From assembly GCA_026770705.1 (NCBI GenBank), contig JANJGN010000021.1, forward strand, positions 88,412,001-88,476,000: 64,000 nucleotides of DNA, written 5' to 3'. Positions within the stretch are counted from its first letter, which is position 1. Every line of letters starts with the position of its first letter. The DNA is from Isurus oxyrinchus (lineage: Eukaryota). Positions 48,989 to 62,229 of this stretch are shown in pieces. The position numbers and the translations under genes were made by a program. The notes below the pieces were generated by a model, which made no database searches, was not told where the DNA came from, and saw only the letters and a program-made list of their open reading frames with translations.

Positions 48989-51900
48989 GATACATGCGTG
49001 CTAAACAGCAGAAGCAGCATGCGATAGACAGAGCTAAGCGATCCCACAGATGACAGATCAGATCAAAGCTCTGCAGTCCTGCTGCATCCAGTTTTGAAAG
49101 GTGGTGGACAGTTAAACAACTAATTAGAGAAGGGGGTTCTAAAAATATTCCCATCCTCAGTGCTGGGGAGCCCAACACATCAGTGCAAAGGACAACGTTG
49201 AAGCATTTGCAATCCTCTTCAGCCAGGAGTGCCCAATGGATGGTCCATGTCATCCTGCTCTTGAGGCCTCCAATATCACAGGTGCCAATCTTCAGCCAAT
49301 TGATGCACTGCACATGATATCAAGAAGTTGCTCAAGGCACTGGATACTGCAAAAGCCAATGGTACCGGCAATCTCCCAGCTTTATGACTGGAGATTTGTC
49401 CTGCAGAACAAGCCAGACCCCAAAACATGATGTTCCACTACATCTACAACACTAGCACCTACTCAACAACATGGAAAATGGCCCTGTCCACAATATGCAA
49501 GACAAGTCCAGTCCTGCCAGTTATTGCCCCATCAATCTACTCTCAATCATCAGCAAAATGACGGAAGGCGTCATCGACAGTACTTTCAAGTGGCACTTAT
49601 TCAGCAATATCCTGCTCACTGCTGTTCAGTTTGGGTTCTGACATGGACACAAAGCTCCAGAGTTTATTATAGCCTTGGACAAAACATGAATAGAATAACT
49701 GAGTTCCAGAGGTTAGATGAGATTCAGAATCACAGAATCACAGTGCAAAAGAGGCCCTTTGGCCCATCGAGTCTGCACTGACACATCAGAAACACCTGAG
49801 CTACCTGCCTAATCCCATTTACCAGCACTTGGTCCATAGTCTTGAATGTTATGATGTGCCAAGTGCTCATCCAGGTACTTTTTAAAGGATGTGAGGCAAC
49901 CCGCCTCCACCACCCTCCCAGGCAGCGCATTCCAGACCTCTGGGTAAAAAAGTTTTTCCTCACATCCCCCCTAAACCTCCTGCCCCTCACCTTGAACTTA
50001 TGTCCCCTCATGACTAACCCTTCAACTAAAGGGAACAGCTGATCCCTATCCACCCTGTCCATGCCCCTCATAATCTTGTACACCTCCATCAGGTCGGCCC
50101 TCAGCCTTCATTGCTCCAACCAAAACAACCCAAGTCTATCCAACCTCTCTTAATAACGTAAATGTTTCATCCCAGGCAACATCCTGGTGAATCTCCTCTG
50201 CACCCCCTCCAGTGCAATCACATCCTTCCTATAATGTGGCGACCAGAACTGCACACTGTACTCCAGCTGTGGCCTCACCAAGGTTCTATACAATTCCAAC
50301 ATGACCTCCCTACCTTTGTAATCTATGCCTTGATTGATAAAGGCAAGTATCCCATATGCCTTTTTCACCAGCCCACTAACATGCCCCTCTGCCTTCAGAG
50401 ATCTATGGACACACACGCCAAGGTCCCTTTGTTTCTCAGAACTTCCTAGTGTCATGCTGTCATTGAAAACTTCCTTGTCAAATTACTCCTTCCAATGTGT
50501 ATCACCTCATACTTTTCAGGGTTAAATTTCACCTGCTAGTCATCTGCCCTTTTGACCATCCCATCTATATCTTCCTGTAGCCCAAGACACTCAGCCTCAC
50601 TGTTAACCACCTGGCCAATCTTTGTGTCATACGCAAACTTACTAATCCTACCCCCCATATAGTCATCTATGTTATTTATATAAATGACAAATAACAGGGG
50701 ACCAAGCACAGATCCCTATGGTACACCATTGGACACTGGCTTCCAGTCACTAAAGCATTCTTCTGTCATCACCCTCTGTCTCCTAAAGCTAAGCCAATTT
50801 TAAATCCACCTTATCAAATTACCCTGTACCCCATGTGCATTTGCCTTCTTTATAAGTCTCCCATGTGGGAGCTTGTCAAAGGCTTTGCTAAAATCCATAT
50901 AAACTACATCAACTGCACTACCCTCATACCCTCATCTACACACCTGGTCATGTCCTCAAAAAATTCAATCAAATTTGTTAGGCATGACCTCCCTCTGACA
51001 AAGTCATGCTGGCTAAACCTGATCATACCTTGCCTCTCCAAGTGGAGATAGATACTCTCCTTCAGAACTTTCTCCAATAGTTTCCCTACCACTGATGTTA
51101 GACTCACTGGCTTATCTCTACAACCCTTCTTAAATAGAGGAGCCACATTAGCTGTTCTCCAGTCCTCTGGCACCTCCCCTGTGGCCAGAGAGGAATTAAA
51201 AATCTGGGTCAGAGCCCCTGTGATCTCCTCCTTTGCCTCCCTCAGCAGTCTGGGACACAAATCATCTGGACCTGGAGATTTGTCCACTTTTAAGCCTGCC
51301 AACACCTCCAATACCTTGTCACACCCTATATCAATTTGCTCAAGAAACTCACAGCCTCTCTCCCTGAGTTCCATACCTTCATCGTCATTCTCTTGGGTGA
51401 GGACGGATGTGAAGTATTCATTCGGCACTCTACCGATGTCCTCTGGCTCCACCCATAGATTGTCCCCTTGGTCCCTCATGGGCCCTACTCTTTCCCTGGT
51501 TATCCTCTTCCCATTGATATACTTATAGAATATCTTGGGATTTTCTCCACTTTTACCAGCCAGAGCTTTCTCACATCCCCTCTTTTTTCTCCTAATTGCT
51601 TTCTTAAGCTCCACCCTGTACTTTCTGTACTCCACTAATGCCTCTGCTGATTTGCTTCCCTTGCACCTGCTAAAAGCCTCTCTTTTCCTTCTTATCATAA
51701 CCTGAATATCTGGTCATCCATGTTTCTCTGGGCTTGTTACTCCTTCCTATCACCCTGGAGGGAACATGTTGAGCCTGTACCCTCCCCATTTCTTTTTTGA
51801 ACGCCTTCCACTGCTGCACTGTAGATTTCCCCATAAGTAGCTGTTCCCAGTCTACTTTGGCCAAATCCTGCCATATTTTACTAAAATCCTTTCTCCCCAA

Positions 51901-54860
51901 ATCCAAAACTTTTTTTTTGCAATTTGTCAATTTCTTTGTCCATAACAAACTTAAACTTGTACCATGTTGTGGTTGGTTTCACTAAAAAGCTCGCTCACCA
52001 TTACCTCAGCCACCTGTCCAGCTTCATTCCCCAGAATTAGGTCCAGCACTGCACCGTCCCTTGTTGGACCCTCTACATATTGACCTAAAAAGTTCTCCTG
52101 TACGCACTTCAAGAAATCCACTCCATCCAAGCCCTTAACACTATGTCTATCCCAAAAATGTTGGGAAAGTTGAAATCACCTAATATAATTACCCCATTGT
52201 TATTGTTTTTACACACCTCCGCACATTGTACACATATTTGCTCCTCAATTTCCCGCTGACTATTTGGGGGTCTGTAATAAACACCTAACAATGTGGCTGC
52301 CCCTTTTTTATTCCTAAGCTCTACCCACAAAGCTTCATTTGATGCCCCCTCCAAGATATCATCTCTCCTTACTGTAGTAACTGACTTCTTAACTAATAAT
52401 GCAATGCCTCCTCCTCTTTTATCCCCTCCCCTGTCTCACCTGAATAATCTATATCCCGGAATGTTGAGCTCCCAATCCTGCCCCTCCCTCAACCACATCT
52501 CAGTGATGGCTATTATATCACAATTCCACGTGTCAATCCTCACCCTTAACTCATCCGTTTTACCTGTAATACCCCTAGCATTAAAGTAGAGGCCATCCAG
52601 CCTTGCCTTACTCCTTGGAAACTTAATGTAGCTGTACTCCCTCTGACTTGATTGTTTTACTGTATAGTGATGTGCCCCTATTCTGCTAACATTCTGTGTC
52701 CCCTCCCCCTGCTGAATTAGTCTAAACTCACTCCCAACATCACTAGCAACCCGCCCGCAAGGATATTAGTCCCGCTCTGGTTCAGATGTAGACTGTTCCT
52801 CTTGTGCAAGGCCCACCTTCCCCAGAAACGGTCCCAGCGATCCAGGAATCTAAAACCTTCCCTCCTGCACCAACTCTTAAGGCATGTATTCATCTGTGTT
52901 ATTCTCCTATTTCTGAGCTTGCTAACACGTGGCACTAGGAGTAATCCAGAGATTACAACCCGAGAGGTCTTGTTTTTTGTCTACTGCCTAACTCTCTGAA
53001 TTCTTGATGCAAGAACTCATCCCTCTTTCTACCTATATCATTGGTACCAACATGCACCATGATCTCTGCCTTATTACCCTCCCCCTTCAGGATGCCGTGC
53101 AGCCATTCAGTGACATCCCAGACCCTGGCACCAGGGAGGCAACATACCATCCTGGAGACACAGGCCACAGTAGCACCTATCTGTTCCCCTGACTATAGAA
53201 TCTGCTTTTACTATTGATCTTTCTCCCTTCCTCCCCTCCTGTACAGACAGGCTGCTTGTGGTGCCAGAAGCTTGGCTCTGTCTGCACTCGCTGGAGGAAC
53301 CAGCCTCCAAAATGGAATTCTGACTTGCGAGCTGGACCCCAGGGGGCTCCTGAACAACCTGCCTGTTTCTCTTGGACTGCCTGGTGGTCACCCATTCCCT
53401 TCCTTCCTCAAGTCCCTTCATCTGCGGTGTGACCACCTCTCTCAACATGCTCTCCACGATGCTCTCAGACTCGCAGATGCTCCACAGTGTCCCCAGCGAC
53501 CATTCCAGTGCTAAACCCGAGCTTCCAGAAGCTGCAGCTGGACACGCTTCCTGCACAAATGCTGGTCCTGGGCACTGGAAATGTCTCTGGCTTCCCATGT
53601 GGAGCACCAAGAGCACACCACAGCTTTGAGCGCTCCTACCATGACTTATCCCTTTAATTTAAACCTTTTAAATCAATTACTCTAGGGCCCTTCTTTCCTG
53701 ATCCTCATTACTGTAGAATATACAAATTGTAAACCACAAAAAGACCTTAAATAATAAGCGATTAAAGTAGCAAATACCTCACCCACTACTTACCAGTGAT
53801 TCCTTTCCCTTGTAGCCTCTATTGCTGCAGCAGGGCGAGACCCACGCTCTGAAGATTTAACTAGTTGGATAGCAAGGAAAAAATGCAAAGAGCACCTCGT
53901 CCCCTATGCACCTAATTCTCACTGTGCACCAAATTGCCAATACTCACTCTAGCTGTGCCTCACTCAGGATGAGCTCTCTCCCCTGTTCGTGTGCAAGCAC
54001 ACTGTCTCAAGTGACACCAAGGGAGCAGTTGTTCAAGTGTGACATCAAGGAGCCCTAGCAATTCTGAGGTCAATGGGAATCAGGGGGAAATTATTTATGG
54101 TTGGAGTCATACCTAGCACAGAGGAAGATGATTAGGATTGTTGGAGATCAATTATCTAAAGTCCAGGACATCACTGCAGAGTTCCTCAGGGCAGTGTCCT
54201 AAACCCAACTATCTTCAGCTGCTTCATCAATGATCCTTGCTCCGTCATAAGAACAGAAATGGAGCTGTTCGCTGATGATTGCATGGTGTCAATACCATTT
54301 GTACCACACAAGTGCCAAGCAATGACCATCTCCAAAAAGAGAGAATCTAACCATTTCCCATTGACATTCAACAGCATTACCATCACTGTGATTGAGGCTG
54401 GAAATTCAAGTACCTCACTTCCTGTGTCCTCAAAGCCTGTCCACCATCCATAAGTCAGGAGTGTAATAGAATACTCTTCACTTTCCTAAATGAGTGTAAC
54501 TTCAACAATACTTAAGAAGGTTAACACCATCCAGGGTGAAGCAGCATGCTTGATCAGGACTCATCCAGCACCTTAAGCATTCGCTCTTCCACCACTGGTG
54601 CACAATGGCAGCAGCAGGTACCTTCTACCTTCCAAACCTATGAACTCTACCACGTGGAAGAACAAGGCAGATCCATGGGAACACCGCCACCTGTAGGTTC
54701 TGCTCCAAGCCATACAACATCTTGATTTGGACCTTAGGAACCCCCTTCCTAACTGAGCTGTGGGTGTACTTACACCAGAAGGACTGCAGTAGTTCAAGAA
54801 GGCTGCTCACCATCGCATTCTCAAGGGCAGTTAGGGATGGGCTCACATCCTATGAAGTGC
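48989..54860 (+). mobile_element. Family B LINE split by a CR1 (pieces ~48989-49722 and ~54010-54860)
   Basis: Colinear with 59050-60950 on both sides of the CR1. Confidence 0.8.
49726..53990 (-). mobile_element. Near-full-length CR1 LINE (esterase ORF1; EN + RT ORF2), decayed
   Basis: VHVGTNDIG, GVYYRPPN, GDFNFPNI, VSLTSVVGK, LVRPQLEYSVQFWSPH; (ATTCTGTG)n tail at ~49726-49745. Confidence 0.93.
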
Positions 54861-55023
54861 AATTAGAATGGGGCATAAGGAAATGGCAGAGATATTAATC
54901 AGATATTACGTGTTTATCTTCATGAACTGCAAGACCCCAAAAAATTCCAGAATAATGGGGAATCAAGGGCCTAGGGAAAATAAGGAGCTTAAAGAAATCA
55001 CTAAAAGTACAGAAATATTCCTG

Positions 55024-55558
55024 GGGCAGAATTTTTGGCTCAGCGAGCAGGGGAGGGGTCTGCGTGCCGAGGCATAAAATGACACAGGTTGACATCAGGC
55101 GTGCGTCCCGATGTCACCACGTATCATTTAGATTTTCAGTTCGGCTCGGCTGCGCGCCCACCAAACTCTCAAAGGCTTGTTAAGGCCATTAATTAATTAA
55201 TTAAGGCCATTGAGAAAGCTGCCCGTCCAACCTTAAGGTTCACATTTTTCATGGAACCTCATCCACGGGCGGGATGAGGTTTCATGAAGGGTTTATAAAT
55301 TATAAATTTTTTGTTGACGTTCATTGACGTGTCCCAGCTCATGTGACACTGTCAGATGAGGGGACATGTCTTAAATATTTTTTTCTCTTTATTAAAATTT
55401 TTAAAACTTACAACTTATCTCGCTGAGGCACCTTTGTGCCTCAGGAGATTTCTGCTCTCCCAACTCAGGGAACACCCGCACAGGGAGCGCTTCTGGGTGA
55501 CCCGATTGGGAGCACCCGCCCCCACACAATCCCCCAACGGGGGCGGAAAGTTCTCTCC
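55024..55558. mobile_element. PIF/Harbinger-like MITE
   Basis: Starts GGGCAGAATTTT; CTG/CTG 3-bp TSD; same family as 48281. Confidence 0.72.
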
Positions 55559-57459
55559 CTGATGAAATTAGTGGAATTAAATGGCAAAAAAACCCCTGGC
55601 ATGATATCCTGCAATCTATGGTTTTAGAAAGGGAGCTACAGAGATAATGCATGCATTGGTTTTGATCTTCCAGAATTCCTTAGCTTCTAGAACTGTTCCC
55701 AAGAATTGGAAGGCAACAAACACATTCCCAATTTTTAAGAAAGGAGGATGAGACAAAACAGGGAATTGTAGGCCAGTTAGCCTAACATCAGTAGTCGGGA
55801 AAATGCTTGAATCTATTATTTGAGGCTTGATAATGGGCAGTTAGAAAATCAAAATATGATGAAGCAGGGTCAACATTATTTACGGAATGGAAATCACGTT
55901 TTACAAATCTGTTAGAGGTTTTTGAAGATATAATCACCAGGAAGGAGAAGTGCATTTGGATTTTCAACAAGTATTCAGTAAGAGGTTATTAATCAAAATT
56001 AAGACTCATGCGATTGGGGATTAGCATGGACTGAGGCTAGACAGAATATACAGAGTAGACAGAAAACAGAGAATAGGAATAAGCAGACATTTTCAGGTTG
56101 GATGACTGTAATTAGTGGTGTACTGCAAGGGTCAGCTATTTATAATCTATATGGATGACTTTGATGAAGGAACTAAGAGTAACACATCAAATTTCATGAT
56201 GGTACAAAATTAGTTGGGAAAGTAAGTGGTGAGGAAAATGCAAAGATACTGCAAAGGAATATCAACAGATGAAGACAGTAAGCAAAATATGGTAGATGGA
56301 ACACAATATGGTAAAGTATGAAGCTGTCCACTTTGATAGGAAAAATAAAAAGGCCAAAAAATTAATGAATGAAGTGAGAGACTGGGAATATTTGAATTCA
56401 GAGAGAGCTGGGTGTTCTTGCACATGAACCACAGAAACTTAACACATAGGTACGACAAGCAATTAGGAACACAAATGGTATGTTAAACTTTTATTACAAA
56501 AGGATTGAAGTATAAGGTTAAAATTGTTTTACTATAATTATACAAGGCATTGGTGAGGCCACACCTGGACTGGTGTGTGATGTTCTGGTCTCTTTACCTA
56601 AGGAAGCGCATACTTACACTAGAGGGAGTGCAGTGAAGGTTCACTATACTAGTTCTTGGATTAAGGGTTTGTCCTTTAAGGTGAGATGAGTATATTAGAT
56701 TTATATTCCCTGGGACTTGCAAAGAATGAGAGGTGATTGAATAAAAACATACACAATTCTTAAATATAGATGCTGAGAAAATATTTCTCCAGGCTGGGAA
56801 ACTGAGAGCACAAGGTCACAGTCTCAGGGTAAGGGGTTAGCCATTTAGGTCTGAGGTGAGGAGAAATTTCTTCACTCAAAGTGTTGTGAATCCTTGGAAT
56901 TCTCGACCCCAGGGACTACAGATGTTCAAGACAGATTTTTGTGTAGGAATGGAATTAAGGGATATGGGGATAGTGCTGGAAAGTGGGGGCGAGGCTGAAG
57001 ATCGGTCATGATCTTAATGTATGGCAGAGTGAGTCCAAATTTCCAAATGTCCTACTCCAGCTCCTATTTCTTGTGTTTTTATGTAATGGAATTCATTTTG
57101 TCCACTGATATTTAACTCTCTAATTAACCGTCTAAAGCCTACAGAACTTTGCAGTCTCCGTGGAGCCAGAAGCAGCCTACATTCTGGGTCAGATAAAAGC
57201 TACAGTAAACAGAAAAGGTCAAGATTCTCATCTTTATTAGCAATTGTGTAAATAATTCATCGGAAGCCTTTAATTCAGTCAGGACAGCAACCTAGGATGT
57301 AACTAACAACCTAGTAATGTAAACATTAATGTAGATGAACTTTCCAATGTCCCCATAAGAGCTCCTTCCTTCCCAAATGAATGCCTTGAAATGAAAATTA
57401 CCAACAGCAAGTGTTCCTACAATTTCAATGTAATGACAAAACCTCTGCTTGTTGCACAG

Positions 57460-57561
57460 ATACAGACAAGAAACAAACGCCAGAAGTTGAAGCCAAAGTT
57501 CGATATTTAAGCCTTGTTCTAATTGTGTTCTTTCTGTGTTTCACTGTGAAAACACAAAAAG
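57460..57561 (+). CDS. Stalk + transmembrane exon of the plus-strand Ig gene
   Basis: gcacag acceptor and G|gtaagt donor; 102 nt; phase 1-1. Translation (D)TDKKQTPEVEAKVRYLSLVLIVFFLCFTVKTQK. Confidence 0.72.
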
Positions 57562-58199
57562 GTAAGTGGTAATGTTGTGAGACAGTCTCCGCTACCCTTA
57601 GCTATGCTGTCTCTGCATTTCTGATTGCAATGTTAATTAAAAGGTGTTCCTCTGTGGATTATAGAAACCAATGAAGGATTTATTGCCCCGTTCCAAGTGA
57701 GCTCAGTTCAGCTATATGAAAACAGCATTTGAATTCTTTCTGGGTTCTTGTTGGCTTTAGCAGTATCGTCCATTTTATTTCCAATCTTTTGTTCTTTTAT
57801 CCGAAGTACTACGCAGCACTGGTGAGATTTTAACCTAACTGGTTGGATGGGAATCCAAAGGGATGGGATGGAATGACTGCTTTATGCCCTGCCAACTATT
57901 TTCACTGTTGTCTTTAAGGGGATTAAACTCAGAAGAGACGTAAAACCAGCGTTGGACTATATCCTCTAAGCTTCCCGCCGTGTGACCCCGGTTAAAATTG
58001 TCCTGTGAGAGATAGAAGTAACACAACAGATAAACCCAAATATCCTGTGTTTCCAATGCAGATAAAAATGACAAAATATTGCATTATCCAGAATGGTTTT
58101 CTCATTAAACGGGAATTATAAATCTTAAATAACCCTGAAAGAGCTCCCATTCTAGCGAACACCAACATTAGCTGCATGGCTTAAGCAAACACGACGTTT

Positions 58200-60951
58200 G
58201 CTGACCAATAACTATCCTCATGGAATCATACCTTACAGATAAAGTCTCAGACTCCAGCATCACCATCCCTGGGTATGGCCTGTCCCACCGGCAGGACAGA
58301 TCCAACAGAGGTGGAGGCACAGTGGTACACAGTCGGGAGCGAGTTGCCCTGGGAGTCCTCAACATTGACTCCGGACCCCATGAAGTCTCATGGCATCAGG
58401 TCAAAGATGGCAAGGAAACCTCCTGCTGACTACCACGTACCGTCTAACCTCAGCTAATGAATCAGTGCTCCTCCATGTTGAACACCACTTGTAGGAAGAA
58501 CTGAGGCTGGCAAGGGTGCAGAATGTACTCTGGGTGGGGGACATCAATGTCCAACACCAAGAGTGGCTGGGTAGCACTACTATAGATCGAGCTGGTTGAG
58601 TCCTAAAGGACATAGCTGCTAGACTGGGTCTGCGGCAGGTGGTGAGGGAACCAATAGGCAAAAATATACTTGAGCTCATCCTCACCAACCTGCCTGCCTC
58701 AAATGCATCTGTCCATGACAGTATCGGTAGGAGTGTCGTTGTGGAGACAAAGTCCCGACTTCACATTGAGGAAACCCTCCATCGTGTTGTGTGACATTAC
58801 CACTGTGCTAAATGGGCTGGATTTCGAACAGATCTAGCAACTCAAGACTGGGCATCCATGAGGTGCTGTGGGCCATCAGCAGCAGCACTGTACCCTACCT
58901 CAACCTGTAACCTCATGCCCTGGCATATCCCTCACTTTACCATTACCATCAGCACTGGTTCAATGAAGAGTGCAGGAGGGCATGCCAAGAGCAGCACCAG
59001 GCATACCTAAAAATGAGGTATCAATGTAGTGAAACTACAACACAGGACTACTTGCGTGCCAAACAGCATAAGCAGCAAGTGATAGATAGAGCTAAGCAAT
59101 CCCAGAACCAACGGATTAGATCTAAGCTCTGCAGTCCTGCCACATCCTGTCGTGAATGGTGCTGGGCGATTAAACAACTCACTGGAGGAGGAGGCTCCAC
59201 AAGTAACCCCATCCTTAATGATAGAGGAGCCCAGCACCTCAGTGCAAAAGATAAGGCTGAAGAATTCGCAAGAATCTTCAGCCAGAAGTGTCGAGTGAAT
59301 GATCCATCTTGGCCTCCTCCGAAGGTCTCCAGCATCACAGATGCCAGTCTTCAACAAATTTGATTAATTCCACGTGATATCAAGAAATGGCTGAAGGCAC
59401 TGGATGCTGCAAAGGCTATGGGCCCTGACAATATTCCATCAATAGTACTGAAGACTTATGCTCCAGAACTTGCCACGCCCCTAACCAAGCTGTTCTAGTA
59501 CAGCTACGACACTGGCATCTGCCTGGCTATGTGGAAAATTGTCCAGGTTGGTCCTGTACACAAAAAGCAGGACAACTTCAACTTGGCCAATTATGTCCCC
59601 ATCATTCTACTCTTGGTCATCAGTAAAGTAATGGAAGGAGTCATCAACAGTGCTATCAAGCGGCACTTGCTTAGCAATAACCTGCTCACTGATGCCCAGT
59701 TTAGGTTCCGCCAGGGCCACTCAGGTCTTGACCTCATTACAGCCTTGGTTCAAACATGGACAAAAGAGCTGAACTCCCAAGGTGAGGTGAGAGTGACCGT
59801 CCTTGACATCAAGGCAGCATTTGACCAAGTGTGGCATCAAGGAGCTCTGACAAGACTGGAGTCAATGGGAATCAGGGGCAAAACACTCCACTGACTGAAG
59901 TCAGACCTAGAACAAAGGAAGGTGGTTGCAGTTGTAGGAGGTCAGTCATCTCAGCTCCAGGACAAGACTGTAGGAGTTCCTCAGGATGGTGTCCTCGGCC
60001 TGACCATCTTCAGCTGCTTCATCAATGACCTTCCTTTCATCATAAGGTCAGAAGTGGGGATGTTCGCTGATGATTGCACAATGTTCAGCACCATTCATGA
60101 CTCCTCAGATACTGAAGAAGTCCATGTCCAAATGTAGCAAGACCTGTACAATATCCAGGCTTGGGCTGACAAGTGGCAAGTAACATTTGTGCAACATAAG
60201 TGTCAGGCACTGACCATCTCCAACAAGAGAGAATCCAACCACCAGCACTTGATGTTCAATGGCATCACCATCACAAAATCTCTCACTATCAACATCCTGA
60301 GGGATACCATTGACCAGAAACTGGACTGGACTAGCCATATAAATACTGTGGCTGCAAGAGTAGGTCAGAGGTTAGGAATCCTGGGACGAGTAACTCTTGA
60401 CCCCCCAAAGCCTGTCCACCATCTACTAGGCACAAATCAGGAGTGTGGTGGAATACTCCCCACTTATCTGGATGACAACAGCTCCCACAACACTAAAGAA
60501 GCTTGACACTGTCCAGGACAAAGCAACCCACTTGATTGGCACCCGATCCACAAATATTCACTGCCTCCACCACCGACGCACGGTAGCAGCAGTCCGAACC
60601 ATCTAAAAGATGTACTGCAGGAACTCACCAAGGCTTAGACAGCACCTTCCAAATCCACGGCCACTACCATCTAGAAGGACAAGGGCAGTAGATAGATGGA
60701 AACACCACCACCTGGATGTTCCCCTCCAAGTCACTCACCACCCTGACTTGGAATCATATTGCCATTCCCACATTGTCACTGGGTCAAAATCGTGGAATCC
60801 CTTCCTAACAGCACTGTGGGTGTATCTACTCCAGATGGACTGCAGCGGTTCAAGAAGGCAGCTCACCCCCACCATCTCCGGGGCAGCTAGGTATGGGCAA
60901 TAAATGCTGGCCCAGCCAGCGAAGCCCACATCCCGCAAATGACTAAAAAAA
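58200..60951 (+). mobile_element. Family B LINE, ORF2 nearly complete (EN + RT), decayed
   Basis: ESYLTD...RQDRSNRGGG, VGDINV, LDIKAAFDQVWHQG, GVPQDGVLG, FADDCT, then AATAAA and an A tail. Confidence 0.92.
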
Positions 60952-61236
60952 CGAACTAAATTCTGAGATACTGATTGTAATCATGCAGAAGAGAAAATCC
61001 TACTTTATAACATAGTTAACATACAGGGCCACTGCTGAACCTGTGACATCCAATCAGCCAGATAAATAGTCTATAAAAATGAATAGGAATGTTTGATGTG
61101 CAACTTTACCTCCATACGATTTCAACTTGTAAAAAAGTGCAATAATTCTAACATGGGAGTGTTGATTTAAACTGTGTTTTCCGAGAACAACAATTGTTCA
61201 GTCCCAAAGGAAAATAACTAGGGTTTTCTCACTCAG

Positions 61237-61292
61237 GTTGTAAGAAAACTCAGAAACAAACACAAAAGGACAGTGCTGCTCAGGATGGTCAG
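61237..61292 (+). CDS. Candidate cytoplasmic exon of the plus-strand Ig gene (gene probably continues beyond the window)
   Basis: ttttctcactcag acceptor and CAG|gtgagt donor. The phase-1 start fits the TM exon: (G)CKKTQKQTQKDSAAQDGQ. Confidence 0.6.
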
Positions 61293-62229
61293 GTGAGTGG
61301 AATATTTTGTGGAAAGATTTATCTACTGGATAAAAATTGATTTTCAAATAAGATTTCCCAATCTTACAGCTTTTCCAAAATGGCTGAAGCACTGGCCCAA
61401 AAGGATTTCTACGCCCTTGTAAGGATCTACTTAAATTATGGAGGAATTCAATGTGTTTCACGTGACTGCCAGGGCGTAAATAGCAACATTCACAAATATT
61501 TCACCGGTGAACACACAATATAGACAACAGTTGCTCTTATAAACATTGAGGCCACTGTCACTTGAATTTTGTTTTGGGCAGGAGCTCTTGCGGTCGATTT
61601 ACATGTAACGTGTGACTCTGAATTTCCATGGTGAGCTTTTCTCAAAAAATCTAGTTACATTGCAAGGGGAACAAATGTTTAATCGCCATTTGCGCACAAG
61701 TTTCCTGCTGGGAACTGCTGGGAACAATCTGAACTGAAATGTATTTTAACATCATCTTCAGGCTATGTTAACTAATGCCTCAATTAATGTCATGTAATCT
61801 TTCTTACCAAACTGATCTTGCCTGTGCCAAACATTGTATAAAGTACACACACGCTCATTCAATGCCCAACAATTGCATGATCACATCATCACATAAAGGA
61901 GTCGTGCTTTTGCATCAAAGTCACCACAAAGAAGTTTTAAACCACACTCTATTATTGGTAATTCACATCTTATTTTGAATAAGACTTTGGAGGTTAATCT
62001 TGCAGACAATCCTGTCATGATTTCCGTGGAGTCTGCGAGATGGTGAATTGTGTGGAACCAGACTCCTCCAGTCTGAGCAGTGGATCACCAGCATCCTCAC
62101 TCGCTGAGCCGTATGGGACGGAGATGTAAGGAAGATGCTTGAGGTTGGGTGGGAGGATTTTTCCTGCCGAATTGATTTGGAGTCTGGGCTTGAGCTCAGG
62201 CTGCTCCTTTCAGGCATGGGCAAAGAGGG

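Larger units (their letters stand above)
47640..57080 (+). mobile_element. Host CR1 ORF2 split by nested insertions (pieces ~47640-48280, 48942-48988, 54865-55023, 55559-57080)
   Basis: YRPPNSS and GKSDHNVI, then ESRLAKDIK, then MGHKEMAEIL, then RPVSLTSVVGK, then the CR1 3' UTR, in colinear order. Confidence 0.75.

Noticed and set aside
57807-58108. 15-nt micro-exon (57807-57821) and terminal exon (58062-58108) candidates
   Set aside because: Phase-compatible but supported only by splice-like motifs; they need RNA evidence.
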